Below, piece after piece: positions 42,734 through 53,448 of a stretch of DNA of 64,000 nucleotides. The translations under genes and the position numbers were made by a program. Where the stretch lies: contig CATNEN010000008.1 in NCBI GenBank assembly GCA_950097015.1, forward strand, positions 1,550,001 through 1,614,000, read 5' to 3'. Source of the DNA: Macrostomum hystrix (lineage: Eukaryota; Animalia; Platyhelminthes). The notes beneath the pieces were generated by a model, which was given only the letters and a program-made list of their open reading frames with translations, searched no databases and had not been told where the DNA came from. The stretch's first letter is position 1; each line of letters starts with the position of its first letter.

Positions 42734-43597
42734 ATGAGCAGGCCAGCCATGGGATCTAAGATCAGCAGCCGCGGTGGTCTGCTGTTGCTCTGCCTGACTG
42801 TCGCCACTGTCTGCGTCCTGCCGACGCCTTCGTCAGCTGAATCAGCCGCCGGCTGGCCAGGGGTCGCCGGTTTCGCCGATCGGCGAAGCGACAGCGAATC
42901 GGCGTCAGCGACGGCGGACATTGTCGACGCCCGCTCGGCGGTGGCCTGGTGCCGTCGGCTGGTCGGCGTTGACCGCACCGGCGGCGCCGAGGCGGTCCGA
43001 GAATTTCTAGCCGAGGCTGGCATCGTCGGAGTCAAGTCGGTTGCTAAGCGACGTGGAAAGTACATTTGGAGGTGAGAGTTTGGGATTTTTATGGGGATTT
43101 TATGGGAATTTCGAATGTATTTTTGGAATGCGTGGGAGTTCTGGCATGGGTTTCTAGATGTGGGGGATTTAAAATAAAGGATTTTCTAAGGTGTGGGATT
43201 AAAAAATGGGATTCTAGATATGTTGGATTTCAGGTATGGGGATTCTAGATGTGTTGGATTTCAGGTATGGGGATTCTAGATGTGTTGGATTTCAGGTATG
43301 GGCATTCTAGATATGTTGGATTTCAGGTATGGGGATTCTAGATATGTTGGATTTCAGGTATGGGGATTCTAGGTGTGTTGGATTTCAGGTATGGGGATTC
43401 TAGATGTGTGGGATTTCAGGTATGGGGATTCTAGATGTGTGGGGTTCTAGGTATGGGATTCTAGAGGTGTGGGATTTCAAGTATGGGATTTTAAATCGCG
43501 TATTTGCCTATAGACACTCAACGAATCGTAAACGATAGAAGGGGCATTGTGTCTAGATCAAATTATATCTCAATTTTTTTTTCACTTCAGGCTCTGA
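42734..43597 (+). CDS. Putative secreted neuropeptide/prohormone precursor, 2 exons (42734-43071, 43591-43597), 114 aa
   Basis: Hydrophobic signal peptide LLLLCLTVATVCVL ending in SSA; basic sites RR, RR and KRR; short C-terminal peptide GKYIWRL. Donor AG|GTGAGA and acceptor tttttttcacttcag are clear. Confidence 0.65.
43215..43490. repeat. 31-bp minisatellite GGATTTCAGGTATGGGGATTCTAGATGTGTT in the peptide-gene intron
   Basis: Tandem copies. Confidence 0.9.
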
Positions 43598-43909
43598 TTG
43601 GCGACAAGCTCGAATCGGCTTGGCAACCAGCGAGTCACAATGAGACGATGTTTATTTAGACAGAATGTGTTTATAAAAACTCAACAGTTTTTGGTTACAA
43701 ACTTTACAGACTAAACGAAAAAATTGTAATGAAAGTAAATTAAAATAGGTTTGTTATACGAGTAAGTACTCGTACTTTTCCCACTATGAAGAGATTAGTG
43801 ACTGCAGCTGTGCAAATACACAAGACAAAATCTATTATTTTAAGAACTTCTTCTGTTGGCTAATGATAGTCTGCTAAATTAGTTTTTTTGTGAGACGTAG
43901 GAATTAAAG

Positions 43910-44230
43910 AATATGAGAGGAAAGGAGCAAGATAAGGAGAGGGAGAGGGAGAGCGGGAGAGAGGAGAGAGAGGGAGAGAGGAAGAGAGAGAGCGGGAGAG
44001 AGGAGAGAGGACACTGCCCATTGAATTTCAAAAATCTAATGTTGGAATCGATTCCGATATGTATCGAAAAAATTGAAATCCGGATTCAAACCAAGGCAAC
44101 TCCAGATGCGAGGGAGAGGGACAGGGAGAGGCAGAGGGAGAGGGGGGAGAGGAGAGGGAGAGGAGTGAAAGAAGGTGAGGGAGAGGGAGAAAGAGGGAGA
44201 GGGAAAATGGAGAAATAGAACGGAGAGGGA
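43910..44230. repeat. GA-rich low-complexity tract
   Basis: Polypurine runs. Confidence 0.8.
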
Positions 44231-44904
44231 AAGGGTTTAAAGGTATGTAAGTTAGGAAGTCAGTGTATTTTTAGGATTAATAGACAGGCAGGCAGGCAGA
44301 GAGGCTCACCTCAACCTTATTTTCTTGCCATTTTCTTTTAACTTTGAGTTATGATTGGCCACAATATTCGGGTCTCTATTAGAAAATGAGCAATTATTCC
44401 CTATCAACCAACTATAGGAACAGCATCTTTGATGTCCTGATAAAGGCGGGTAGAAGTCAAGTGTCAAGTGGCGGGCATTGCGATTCGCTCTATTAGTGCA
44501 CTAATGGATTAAGAACGATGGATTAGTAGAAGATGGATTAGGAGCAGACCAACACTTTGTGTCATCAAGTCTTACTCGGCGCAGTCATTGGTGGAATAAG
44601 CCTAGCCACGCAATGAAGAAGCATATAGGTCCACTGCCGCGTGCAGAAAAGTAGGGCAGATCACACACACACAGCGACAGAGGCACAGTATATCCCACAA
44701 AGGGATCAGGGAATCAAGAGAGGCACTGAGACAGTCAGTGTGTTTTTTGTTGTCAACTAACCGGCAACTTGATCGAGAAGAATCGACAAATTTTCGAAGC
44801 AGTGTTGCGTCCATCCTTCTGGAGATTTCGGTAAATCCTTCTTTGGAGATACAGAATACAAATCGATACCTTGATTCAAACATCAGATTGATTAAAAACC
44901 CGGA

Positions 44905-45740
44905 ATCCATTAGAGGATTAGAATATAGAATCCATTAGAGGATTAGAATATAGAATCCATTAGAGGATTAGAATATAGAATCCATTAGAGGATTAGAATT
45001 TAGAATCCATTAGAGGATTAGAATATAGAATCCATTAGAGGATTAGAATATAGAATCCATTAGAGGATTAGAATATAGAATCCATTAGAGGATTAGAATA
45101 TAGAATCAATTAGAGCATTAGAATATAGAATCAATTCGAGGATTATAATATGGAATCCATTAGAGGATTAGAATATAGAATCGATTATAGGATTAGAATA
45201 TGGAATCGATTAGAGGATAGAATATAGAATCGATTAGAGGATTATAATATATAATCAATTAGAGGATTAGAATATGGAATCGATTAGAGGATTGGAATAT
45301 AGAGTCGATTAGAGGATTAGAATATAGAATCGATTAGAGGATTAGAATATAGAATCGATTAGAGGATTAGAATATAGAATCGATTATAGGATTAGAAAAT
45401 AGAATCAATTAGAGGATTAGAATATGGAATCGATTAGAGGATTGGAATATAGAGTCGATTAGAATATAGAATCCATTAGAGGATTAGAATATAGAATCCA
45501 TTAGAGGATTAGAATATAGAATCGATTAGAGGATAGAATATAGAATCGATTAGAGGATTAGAATATGGAATCCATTAGAGGATTAGAATATAGAATCGAT
45601 TAGAGGATTAGAATAGAGAATCGATTATAGGATTAGAATATAGAATCGATTAGAGGATTAGAATATAGAATCAATTAGAGGATTAGAATATAGAATCAAT
45701 TCGAGGATTAGAATATAGAATCAATTCGAGGATTAGAATA
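44905..45740. repeat. 25-bp minisatellite CCATTAGAGGATTAGAATATAGAAT
   Basis: About 33 copies. Confidence 0.95.
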
Positions 45741-45778
45741 TCAGAAAAAATGTAACCAATCAGCTCACAGAATCGCCA

Positions 45779-46354
45779 ATGACCGACACGAGCGACACGA
45801 CCACAACCGGTTGGAATTTCTTCCTCGGCGACACCGCAGTGGTCCTGGTGATCGCCCTGGCTGCCATCATCTTGCTGGCCTACTGCCTGTTTCGCTGCTG
45901 CTTTCGCGATCATCCATCCTGCCCGCCGACTGACATCGAGCGGCTGGCCGAAGAGGACGCAGATTTGGAAGAGGGTGACGATGACGAGCGTGACTACTGC
46001 GACGAGGATACCGACGAAGACGACGACACCGATGACGACAAAGCTGGTGAGTCCCACAGTCTGGCCGTTGATGAAGATGACGAAGACAATTCCGACGCCG
46101 AGGAAGATTGCCTGCATCAGCTGCATGACGTCGCGGACGAAGCCTCGACTTCGGCTAGGCGTCACCCGTCCTGCGCCCGACCTCTGCTGCTGTCACCGCA
46201 GCTGGCGTCGCAGACTCAGTCGCTACTGGCTCAGCTTCAACAGCATCATCAGTGGCGACGGCTTCGGAGGCAGCGTCGGCGGCGGCAGGGGCTGCAGCCC
46301 ACTGAGACTGTGGTCGAGATCCGGCCGCAGCGCGGGGTCGCCGACTTTCTTTGA
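45779..46354 (+). CDS. Orphan single-pass membrane protein (no signal peptide, juxtamembrane Cys cluster, long acidic tail), 191 aa
   Basis: GC-rich single-exon ORF with TM segment AVVLVIALAAIILLAY, then CLFRCC and a D/E-rich tract. Acceptor AG at 45769-45770; candidate upstream donor GTAAAT near 44830. Confidence 0.7.
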   Translation: MTDTSDTTTTGWNFFLGDTAVVLVIALAAIILLAYCLFRCCFRDHPSCPPTDIERLAEEDADLEEGDDDERDYCDEDTDEDDDTDDDKAGESHSLAVDEDDEDNSDAEEDCLHQLHDVADEASTSARRHPSCARPLLLSPQLASQTQSLLAQLQQHHQWRRLRRQRRRRQGLQPTETVVEIRPQRGVADFL

Positions 46355-46465
46355 ATTCGCGGCAAGAACAATCGATTTTAATTAACAAAAGCACACCGGA
46401 GTACACATTCCGTTATCAGAAATCCGTAGAAAACATAGTCTTTTGTCAAGAGTATTTTGTCTATA

Positions 46466-46581
46466 GTCAACCTCCAAGGCACAGTCAGGGTGTACACTGC
46501 CTGGCGATGAGAAAGTCAGGGCAGATGTACACACCTGTGTGAGTGTGTGATCAGGAGTCAACAGAATGGGCAGAATTGCAT
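46466..46581 (+). mobile_element. SINE family 1, internal fragment
   Basis: CAACCTCCAAGGCACAGT...GATGAGAAAGTCAGGGCAGATGTACACACCTGTGTGAG. Confidence 0.7.
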
Positions 46582-47141
46582 CTCATTAATTAGAAAGCAA
46601 CAGCTGGCAGCGTTTTCTCTGTTCAATACCGCTCGGATACCGGGTAGCAACCATTCTGATTGACAGACACAGAGCCTGGCAGTTCCATGCGCTCGCCACT
46701 AAATAAATAGGCTTGTCTGGCATTTGTTAGTTCGCGCGCTTTGAAAGTGATTCGGCAGATGAACTTTTGCCCCATCTTTACCTGTTAGCTGTGCAGTCTA
46801 AATTAGCATTTTCTATCTATTGCAGGTTGTAGCTGCGAAAACATATGGATAGTATAATTAGGAGCGAAGCCGACCTCGAGAATCTAAATCCCATAAACAA
46901 CAGTTATCCCATTCAGCTCCCATTTCAGAATTCATTAGCACATCTTAAAAGGGCTATCCCACCCTCAATAATCATTATCCCATATTCAAAAACATTATCC
47001 CAACCCCGCCATCCTTATCCCATCCCCGCCATCCTTATCCCATCCCCGCCATCCTTATCCCAACACCGCCACCCTTATCCCATCCCCGACATCCTTATCC
47101 CATCCCCGACATCCTTATCCCAACACCGCCACCCTTATCCC

Positions 47142-47399
47142 TGTCGTGTCGTTTAGAGAGACTCATATGTTTGTTAGTTTAGAGCGAACAAGATAATTAT
47201 ATTTGTGCATCAGTCACATCACTTATATAGAACGCGAAACACAAGTACAACGTGCGATATTATTGAGCGGTGGCAACGTGCCACGCCCTAGGCATGTACA
47301 TTAATAAGTTAGCGAAGAGTTAAAGGACATTGGCGGCCCCGCGCCCGCCCACGCTCAGGCTATCCATGCGCCTGGCCGCGATAGACCGACGGCGCCACA
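47142..47399 (-). mobile_element. Solo LTR (258 bp) inserted in a minisatellite
   Basis: TGT...ACA ends; 5-bp duplication ATCCC at 47137-47141 and 47400-47404; minus-strand TATA box (CTATATAAG) near 47222-47230. Confidence 0.75.
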
Positions 47400-48410
47400 A
47401 TCCCATCCCCGCCACCCTTATCCCATCCCCGCCATCCTTATCCCAACACCGCCACCCTTATCCCATCCCCGACATCCTTATCCCATCCCCGACATCCTTA
47501 TCCCATCCCCGACATCCTTATCCCAACACCGCCACCCTTATTCCATCCCCGCCACCCTTATCCCATCCCCGCCATCCTTATCCCAACACCGCCACCCTTA
47601 TCCCATCCCCGACATCCTTATCCCATCCCCGACATCCTTATCCCATCCCCGACATCCTTATCCCAACACCGCCACCCTTATTCCATCCCCGCCACCCTTA
47701 TCCCAACACCGCCACCCTTATCCCATCCCCGACACCCTTATCCCATCCCCGACATCCTTATCCCATCCCCGACATCCTAATCCCATCCCCAACATCCTTA
47801 TCCCATCCCCGCCACCCTTATCCCATCCCCGCCATCCTTATCCCAACACCGCCACCCTTATCCCATCCCCGACATCCTTATCCCATCCCCGACATCCTTA
47901 TCCCAACACCGCCACCCTTATCCCATCCCCGCCACCCTTATCCCATCCCCGCCATCCTTATCCCAACACCGCCACCCTTATCCCATCCCCGACATCCTTA
48001 TCCCATCCCCGACATCCTTATCCCAACACCGCCACCCTTATTCCATCCCCGCCACCCTTATCCCATCCCCGCCATCCTTATCCCAACACCGCCACCCTTA
48101 TCCCATCCCCGCCACCCTTATCCCATCCCCGCCATCCTTATCCCATCCCCGACATCCTAATCCCATCCCCGACATCCTTATCCCAACACCGCCACCCTTA
48201 TTCCATCCCCGCCACCCTTATCCCATCCCCGCCATCCTTATCCCAACACCGCCACCCTTATCCCATCCCCGACATCCTTATCCCATCCCCGACATCCTTA
48301 TCCCATCCCCGACATCCTTATCCCAACACCGCCACCCTTATTCCATCCCCGCCACCCTTATCCCAACACCGCCACCCTTATCCCATCCCCGACACCCTTA
48401 TCCCATCCCC

Positions 48411-48884
48411 CCTGCGTAAGGCCTTACTCAGGCTAAACCGCAGAGACCTGAGAGCAGTCACCATGGCCCTTTCGGGACATGGCTGCTTCACCAGACACCG
48501 CTACCTCCAAGGCCACGTGCCTGAGGAAACGTGTCCTTTCTGCTGCTCCGGCCGTGAAAACGCCGAGCATTTCATTTGCCACTGCCCGGCCTTCACCCGG
48601 GCTAGGCTAAAACACCTCGGGCCGGCACCGACTCTTGCCGAAGCCTGCTCGCCCGAGAACATCCCTCAGCTCGCCCACTTCCTCCGGGATACCGGCCGAG
48701 CTGATTTCTTCCCAGCCTATGGCGAGGAAGATCGCGCGGCGGAACCGACCGACGGACCACCCTGAGCGGCACCGCCTCGCTGGAGGCCGTCTGGCTGCCA
48801 GGGGTTAGCGATATGGGCGGCAACAGCCGCCTCCTCGCTGCGTCCGTCATGGAGGCCCCCTGCCGCTAAGTCAAGTAAGTCAAG
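48411..48884 (+). mobile_element. 5'-truncated LINE 3' end (CCHC zinc knuckle, 3' UTR, AAGTC tail) inserted in a minisatellite
   Basis: CPFCCSGRENAEHFICHC (C-x2-C-x8-H-x4-C); tail AAGTCAAGTAAGTCAAG; duplication TATCCCATCCCC at 48399-48410 and 48885-48896. Confidence 0.88.
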
Positions 48885-49724
48885 TATCCCATCCCCGACA
48901 TCCTTATCCCATCCCCGACATCCTAATCCCATCCCCAACATCCTTATCCCATCCCCGCCACCCTTATCCCATCCCCGCCATCCTTATCCCAACACCGCCA
49001 CCCTTATCCCATCCCCGACATCCTTATCCCATCCCCGACATCCTTATCCCAACACCGCCACCCTTATCCCATCCCCGCCACCCTTATCCCATCCCCGCCA
49101 TCCTTATCCCAACACCGCCACCCTTATCCCATCCCCGACATCCTTATCCCATCCCCGACATCCTTATCCCAACACCGCCACCCTTATTCCATCCCCGCCA
49201 CCCTTATCCCATCCCCGCCATCCTTATCCCAACACCGCCACCCTTATCCCATCCCCGCCACCCTTATCCCATCCCCGCCATCCTTATCCCAACACCGCCA
49301 CCCTTATCCCATCCCCGCCACCCTTATCCCATCCCCGACATCCTTATCCCATCCCCGACATCCTTATCCCATCCCCGCCATCCTTATCCCATCCCCGCCA
49401 CCCTTATCCCTTTCCCGCCATCCTTATCCGATTTCAAAATTTCAAAATCACTTTATGCCATCCTAACAATCATTATCCTATCCCCGAAATCCTTAGCTGG
49501 TGGAATTATTGCATTTCTTAGTACAGTATAAACGTTCTAACAGCGCTCGCACTTTTAGTGTTTAGTATCATACTCAGATCCTCAAGAAATCCATTTGAAA
49601 TTGGCTTTAGCTGAAAGTATTTTTGGCAATCACCCAGATATCTTGACAAACGCCTTATCCCATTGCGGAATGTGTTTGCGATTAGCAATGCGAGCTTTCC
49701 GCGAAATGCGAGATGCGAGATTCT

Positions 49725-50690
49725 AGCAACCGTTTCTGATTCTAGCTACCGTTTCTGATTCTAGCTACCGTTTCTGATTCTAGCTACCGTTTCTGATTCT
49801 AGCTACCGTTTCTGATTCTAGCTACCGTTTCTGATTCTAGCTACCGTTTCTGATTCTAGCTACTGTTTCTGATTCTAGCTACCGTTTCTGATTCTAGCTA
49901 CCGTTTCTGATTCTAGCTACCGTTTCTGATTCTAGCTACCGTTTCTGATTCTAGCTACCGATTCTGATTCTAGCTACCGTTTCTGATTCTAGCTACCGTT
50001 TCTGATTCTAGCTACCGTTTCTAATTCTAGCTACGGTTTCTGATTCTAGCTACCGTTTCTGATTCTAGCTACCGTTTCTGATTCTAGCTACCGTTTCTGA
50101 TTCTAGCTACCGTTTCTGATTCTAGCTACCGTTTCTAATTCTAGCTACCGTTTCTGATTCTAGCTACCGTTTCTGATTCTAGCTACCGTTTCTGATTCTA
50201 GCTACCGTTTCTGATTCTAGCTACCGTTTCTAATTCTAGCTACGGTTTCTGATTCTAGCTACCGTTTCTGATTCTAGCTACCGTTTCTGATTCTAGCTAC
50301 CGTTTCTGATTCTAGCTACCGTTTCTGATTCTAGCTACCGTTTCTAATTCTAGCTACCGTTTCTGATTCTAGCTACCGTTTCTGATTCTAGCTACGTTTC
50401 TGATTCTAGCTACCGTTTCTGATTCTAGCTACCGTTTCTGATTCTAGCTACCGTTTCTGATTCTAGCTACCGTTTCTAATTCTAGCTACGGTTTCTGATT
50501 CTAGCTACCGTTTCTGATTCTAGCTACCGTTTCTGATTCTAGCTACCGTTTCTAATTCTAGCTACCGTTTCTGATTCTAGCTACCGTTTCTGATTCTAGC
50601 TACGTTTCTGATTCTAGCTACCGTTTCTGATTCTAGCTACCGTTTCTGATTCTAGCTACCGTTTCTGATTCTAGCTACCGTTTCTAGCTA
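49725..50690. repeat. 19-bp highly homogeneous minisatellite GATTCTAGCTACCGTTTCT
   Basis: About 50 copies. Confidence 0.97.
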
Positions 50691-51434
50691 CTATTTCTGT
50701 TCCGATTCAAATCTGCAACTAAAGATGCCGTTCCTGTGGCAAATTCGGCGCTTTGACTTATTTTCAGTTTTCAAAGGCGCGTGGCGGCCGCTAACGAAGA
50801 TGATTTCTTGGAAAGTCTTTGGTCTGCGTGCCCGTCTTCTTCTCGTGACCAGTGATTAGACGAGTGGCTAATTTGCAACAGATATTTATTCTTTCTCTCC
50901 TCTCTCCACGCAGCAGGGAGAATGTGATTGACCGGCCTGTTTAGTTTATTAGTTAGTTTCAAGCCAGAAAGTTTCAAGAGAACTATCCACAGCGGCGATT
51001 GCAGCTAGTGTTGGCGGAGTGTGAACTTGTACGACCTTCCAAGTCGTGTGGGTTAGACAGGTCTAGGCCTTGCCGAAATTCTGCCAAAATGCCAGTCTTG
51101 TGTTCTCGAACGATATTGTCTTTGGGGAGCTAATACTTGTCCCAGTATTTTTGACGTTGCTTACGCAATCTGTCGGCTTCCGATACCTGTTGCTTTCTTG
51201 ACATTCTACTGCCCTATAGATGAGATTTTCTGGCTCTCTCAATTCCTGTGGGCTTCGCTGTCAACTTTGTTTGAAGTTGTCATAACTGTGTCAATCCTAC
51301 ACAGTTTTGTAAAAAAACAAAAGTAGGTTAACTTTTGAAGCCCTCGAGACATCAGCAGAAAATTACGAATACTAGTTCTATATTTTATTCAATTTATTGA
51401 TTTTACCTGTTCTAAATTAGAATTTAATTTAAGA

Positions 51435-52115
51435 GGATTTACCTGTTCTGGATAAGAATCCAATTAAATTGGGTTACCTGTTCTGGATAAGAATCCAATT
51501 AAATTGGGTTACCTGTTCTGGATAAGAATCCAATTAAATTGGGTTACCTGTTCGGGATAAGAATCCAATTAAATTGGGTTAACTGTTCGGGATAAGAACC
51601 CAATTAAATTGGGTTACCTGTTCTGGATAAGAATCCAATTAAATTGGGTTACCTGTTCTGGATAAGAATCCAATTAAATTGGGTTACCTGTTCTGGATAA
51701 GAATCCAATTAAATTGGGTTACCTGTTCGGGATAAGAATCCAATTAAATTGGGTTAACTGTTCGGGATAAGAACCCAATTAAATTGGGTTACCTGTTCTG
51801 GATAAGAATCCAATTAAATTGGGTTACCTGTTCTGGATAAGAATCCAATTAAATTGGGTTACCTGTTCTGGATAAGAATCCAATTAAATTGGGTTGCCTG
51901 TTCTGGATAATAATCCAACTAAATTGGGTTACCTGTTCTGGATAAGAACCCAATTAAATTGGGTTACCTGTTTTGGATAAGAATCCAATTAAATTGGGTT
52001 AACTGTTCGGGATAAGAATCCAATTAAATTGGGTTACCTGTTCGGGATAAGAATCCAATTAAATTGGGTTACCTGTTCTGGATAAGAATCCAATTAAATT
52101 GGGTTACCTGTTTTA
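51435..52115. repeat. 35-bp minisatellite TACCTGTTCTGGATAAGAATCCAATTAAATTGGGT
   Basis: About 19 abutting copies, no spacers. Confidence 0.95.
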
Positions 52116-53448
52116 AATCCGAATTCAATTTAACAGGGTTACCTGTTCTGAATCCTATATATTCCTGTTTAGAAACCGTGGCGAGAATGATCACCAAAAA
52201 GAAAATAAAAATAGAACTTGCAGTGCTCAAGCTGATGACACTTCGCTAAGTCCGGTCATCTCATTCATAATTAATTAGGTAGCCTAATTCATTAGTAGAT
52301 AAGATATGAGTGGTAAGCAGACACTCTGTATTCACTGGATTATAAATTAGGCTTATCTAATGCAAAATTAATCACAGTCAATTTTATATTCGCGTTAGAA
52401 CATCAGGGGATTACCTTAAATAGAGCATCTAGTGAAAGTACGTGCTATATAAACGGGTTGGAAGATTAAGCTTCGTGGGAATATTTTTTTGTCCCGCTTT
52501 TGCACTTTTCATCTTTTGCACATACGAACAGATCATTTTAAACAAAAAAATTAACGTTTGTTTGTGTTTTATGAATGAAAAGGGAATTCAAGATAAATAT
52601 TCATTATTAGAAAGAAGAATACCTTTTAGTGAAATAAAAATGGAGTGAAAACAGAAGTGAAAACTGGTGCAGATGAAGTACAAGACGGAGAATGCGAAAA
52701 TATACGTTTCTGTGTTTCTCGTGTTTTTCCTCCGAATCGCAGGGACTAGCAAAGCCGTCAAATTGTGGACAATAAATTACATATATTAGGTTGGTCGCCC
52801 GTGGCTCCTTCAGCAGTTGATTGATGAAAGCAATATCACATGACTGACTAATTTATAATTTTGCCTTCTGTGGTGAATGGTGGTGGTGATTGTTATTTTA
52901 TTAGACTGTGGTCGGTTTAAAGTCTGTAAATAAAAATTAATAACAAAAAAGTAAAATAATTGTTACTTCGAATTAAAAATCTCTTCAACGTGATCACATT
53001 GCTGAGCTTTGCTTTATTAGATTCATTACCATCGCATGTTCATCACTAGAATATTGAGTCTGTAAAATAGTGCTTTGAATACGTAAAAGTACATGTTCAA
53101 GCTTAAAATAGACACTAGAACTAAAAAAAAAACTTTTTATTGACTTGTTTGTTATAATCTAAGAATATAGAAAACGAGCTAGTAACATGGATGATAACGA
53201 GGATGATATTGAATACTAATAATACCTCTATTGCTGATTAACATAGACTAAATTGATCTGCGAAAATATCTTGAAATTTCGGAGACTCAAAAAGCTAACT
53301 ACTTTACTAGCAGTAGCACGTGTGTGAATTCTTTTCTTTTGGCTATTTAGGCAGATTACCGTGACCAAATGAGTGAGAATAAATAAGTTCAAATAATTCT
53401 TTGCAGGGCCAGTCAATTCATCTGGCAAGCGCTAACCGCCTGCTGAGT

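Larger units (their letters stand above)
46985..49430. repeat. 20-bp minisatellite TTATCCCATCCCCG(C/A)CATCC, interrupted by two TE insertions
   Basis: Exact 20-bp period with higher-order variant blocks. Confidence 0.95.

Noticed and set aside
50990-51300. Minus-strand protein-like stretch (MSRKQQVSEADRLRKQRQKYWDKY*LPK...)
   Set aside because: Interrupted by stops, no recognisable motif and no convincing splice partners.
51435-52115. CRISPR array
   Set aside because: The repeats abut with no unique spacers, there are no cas genes, and the context is eukaryotic.
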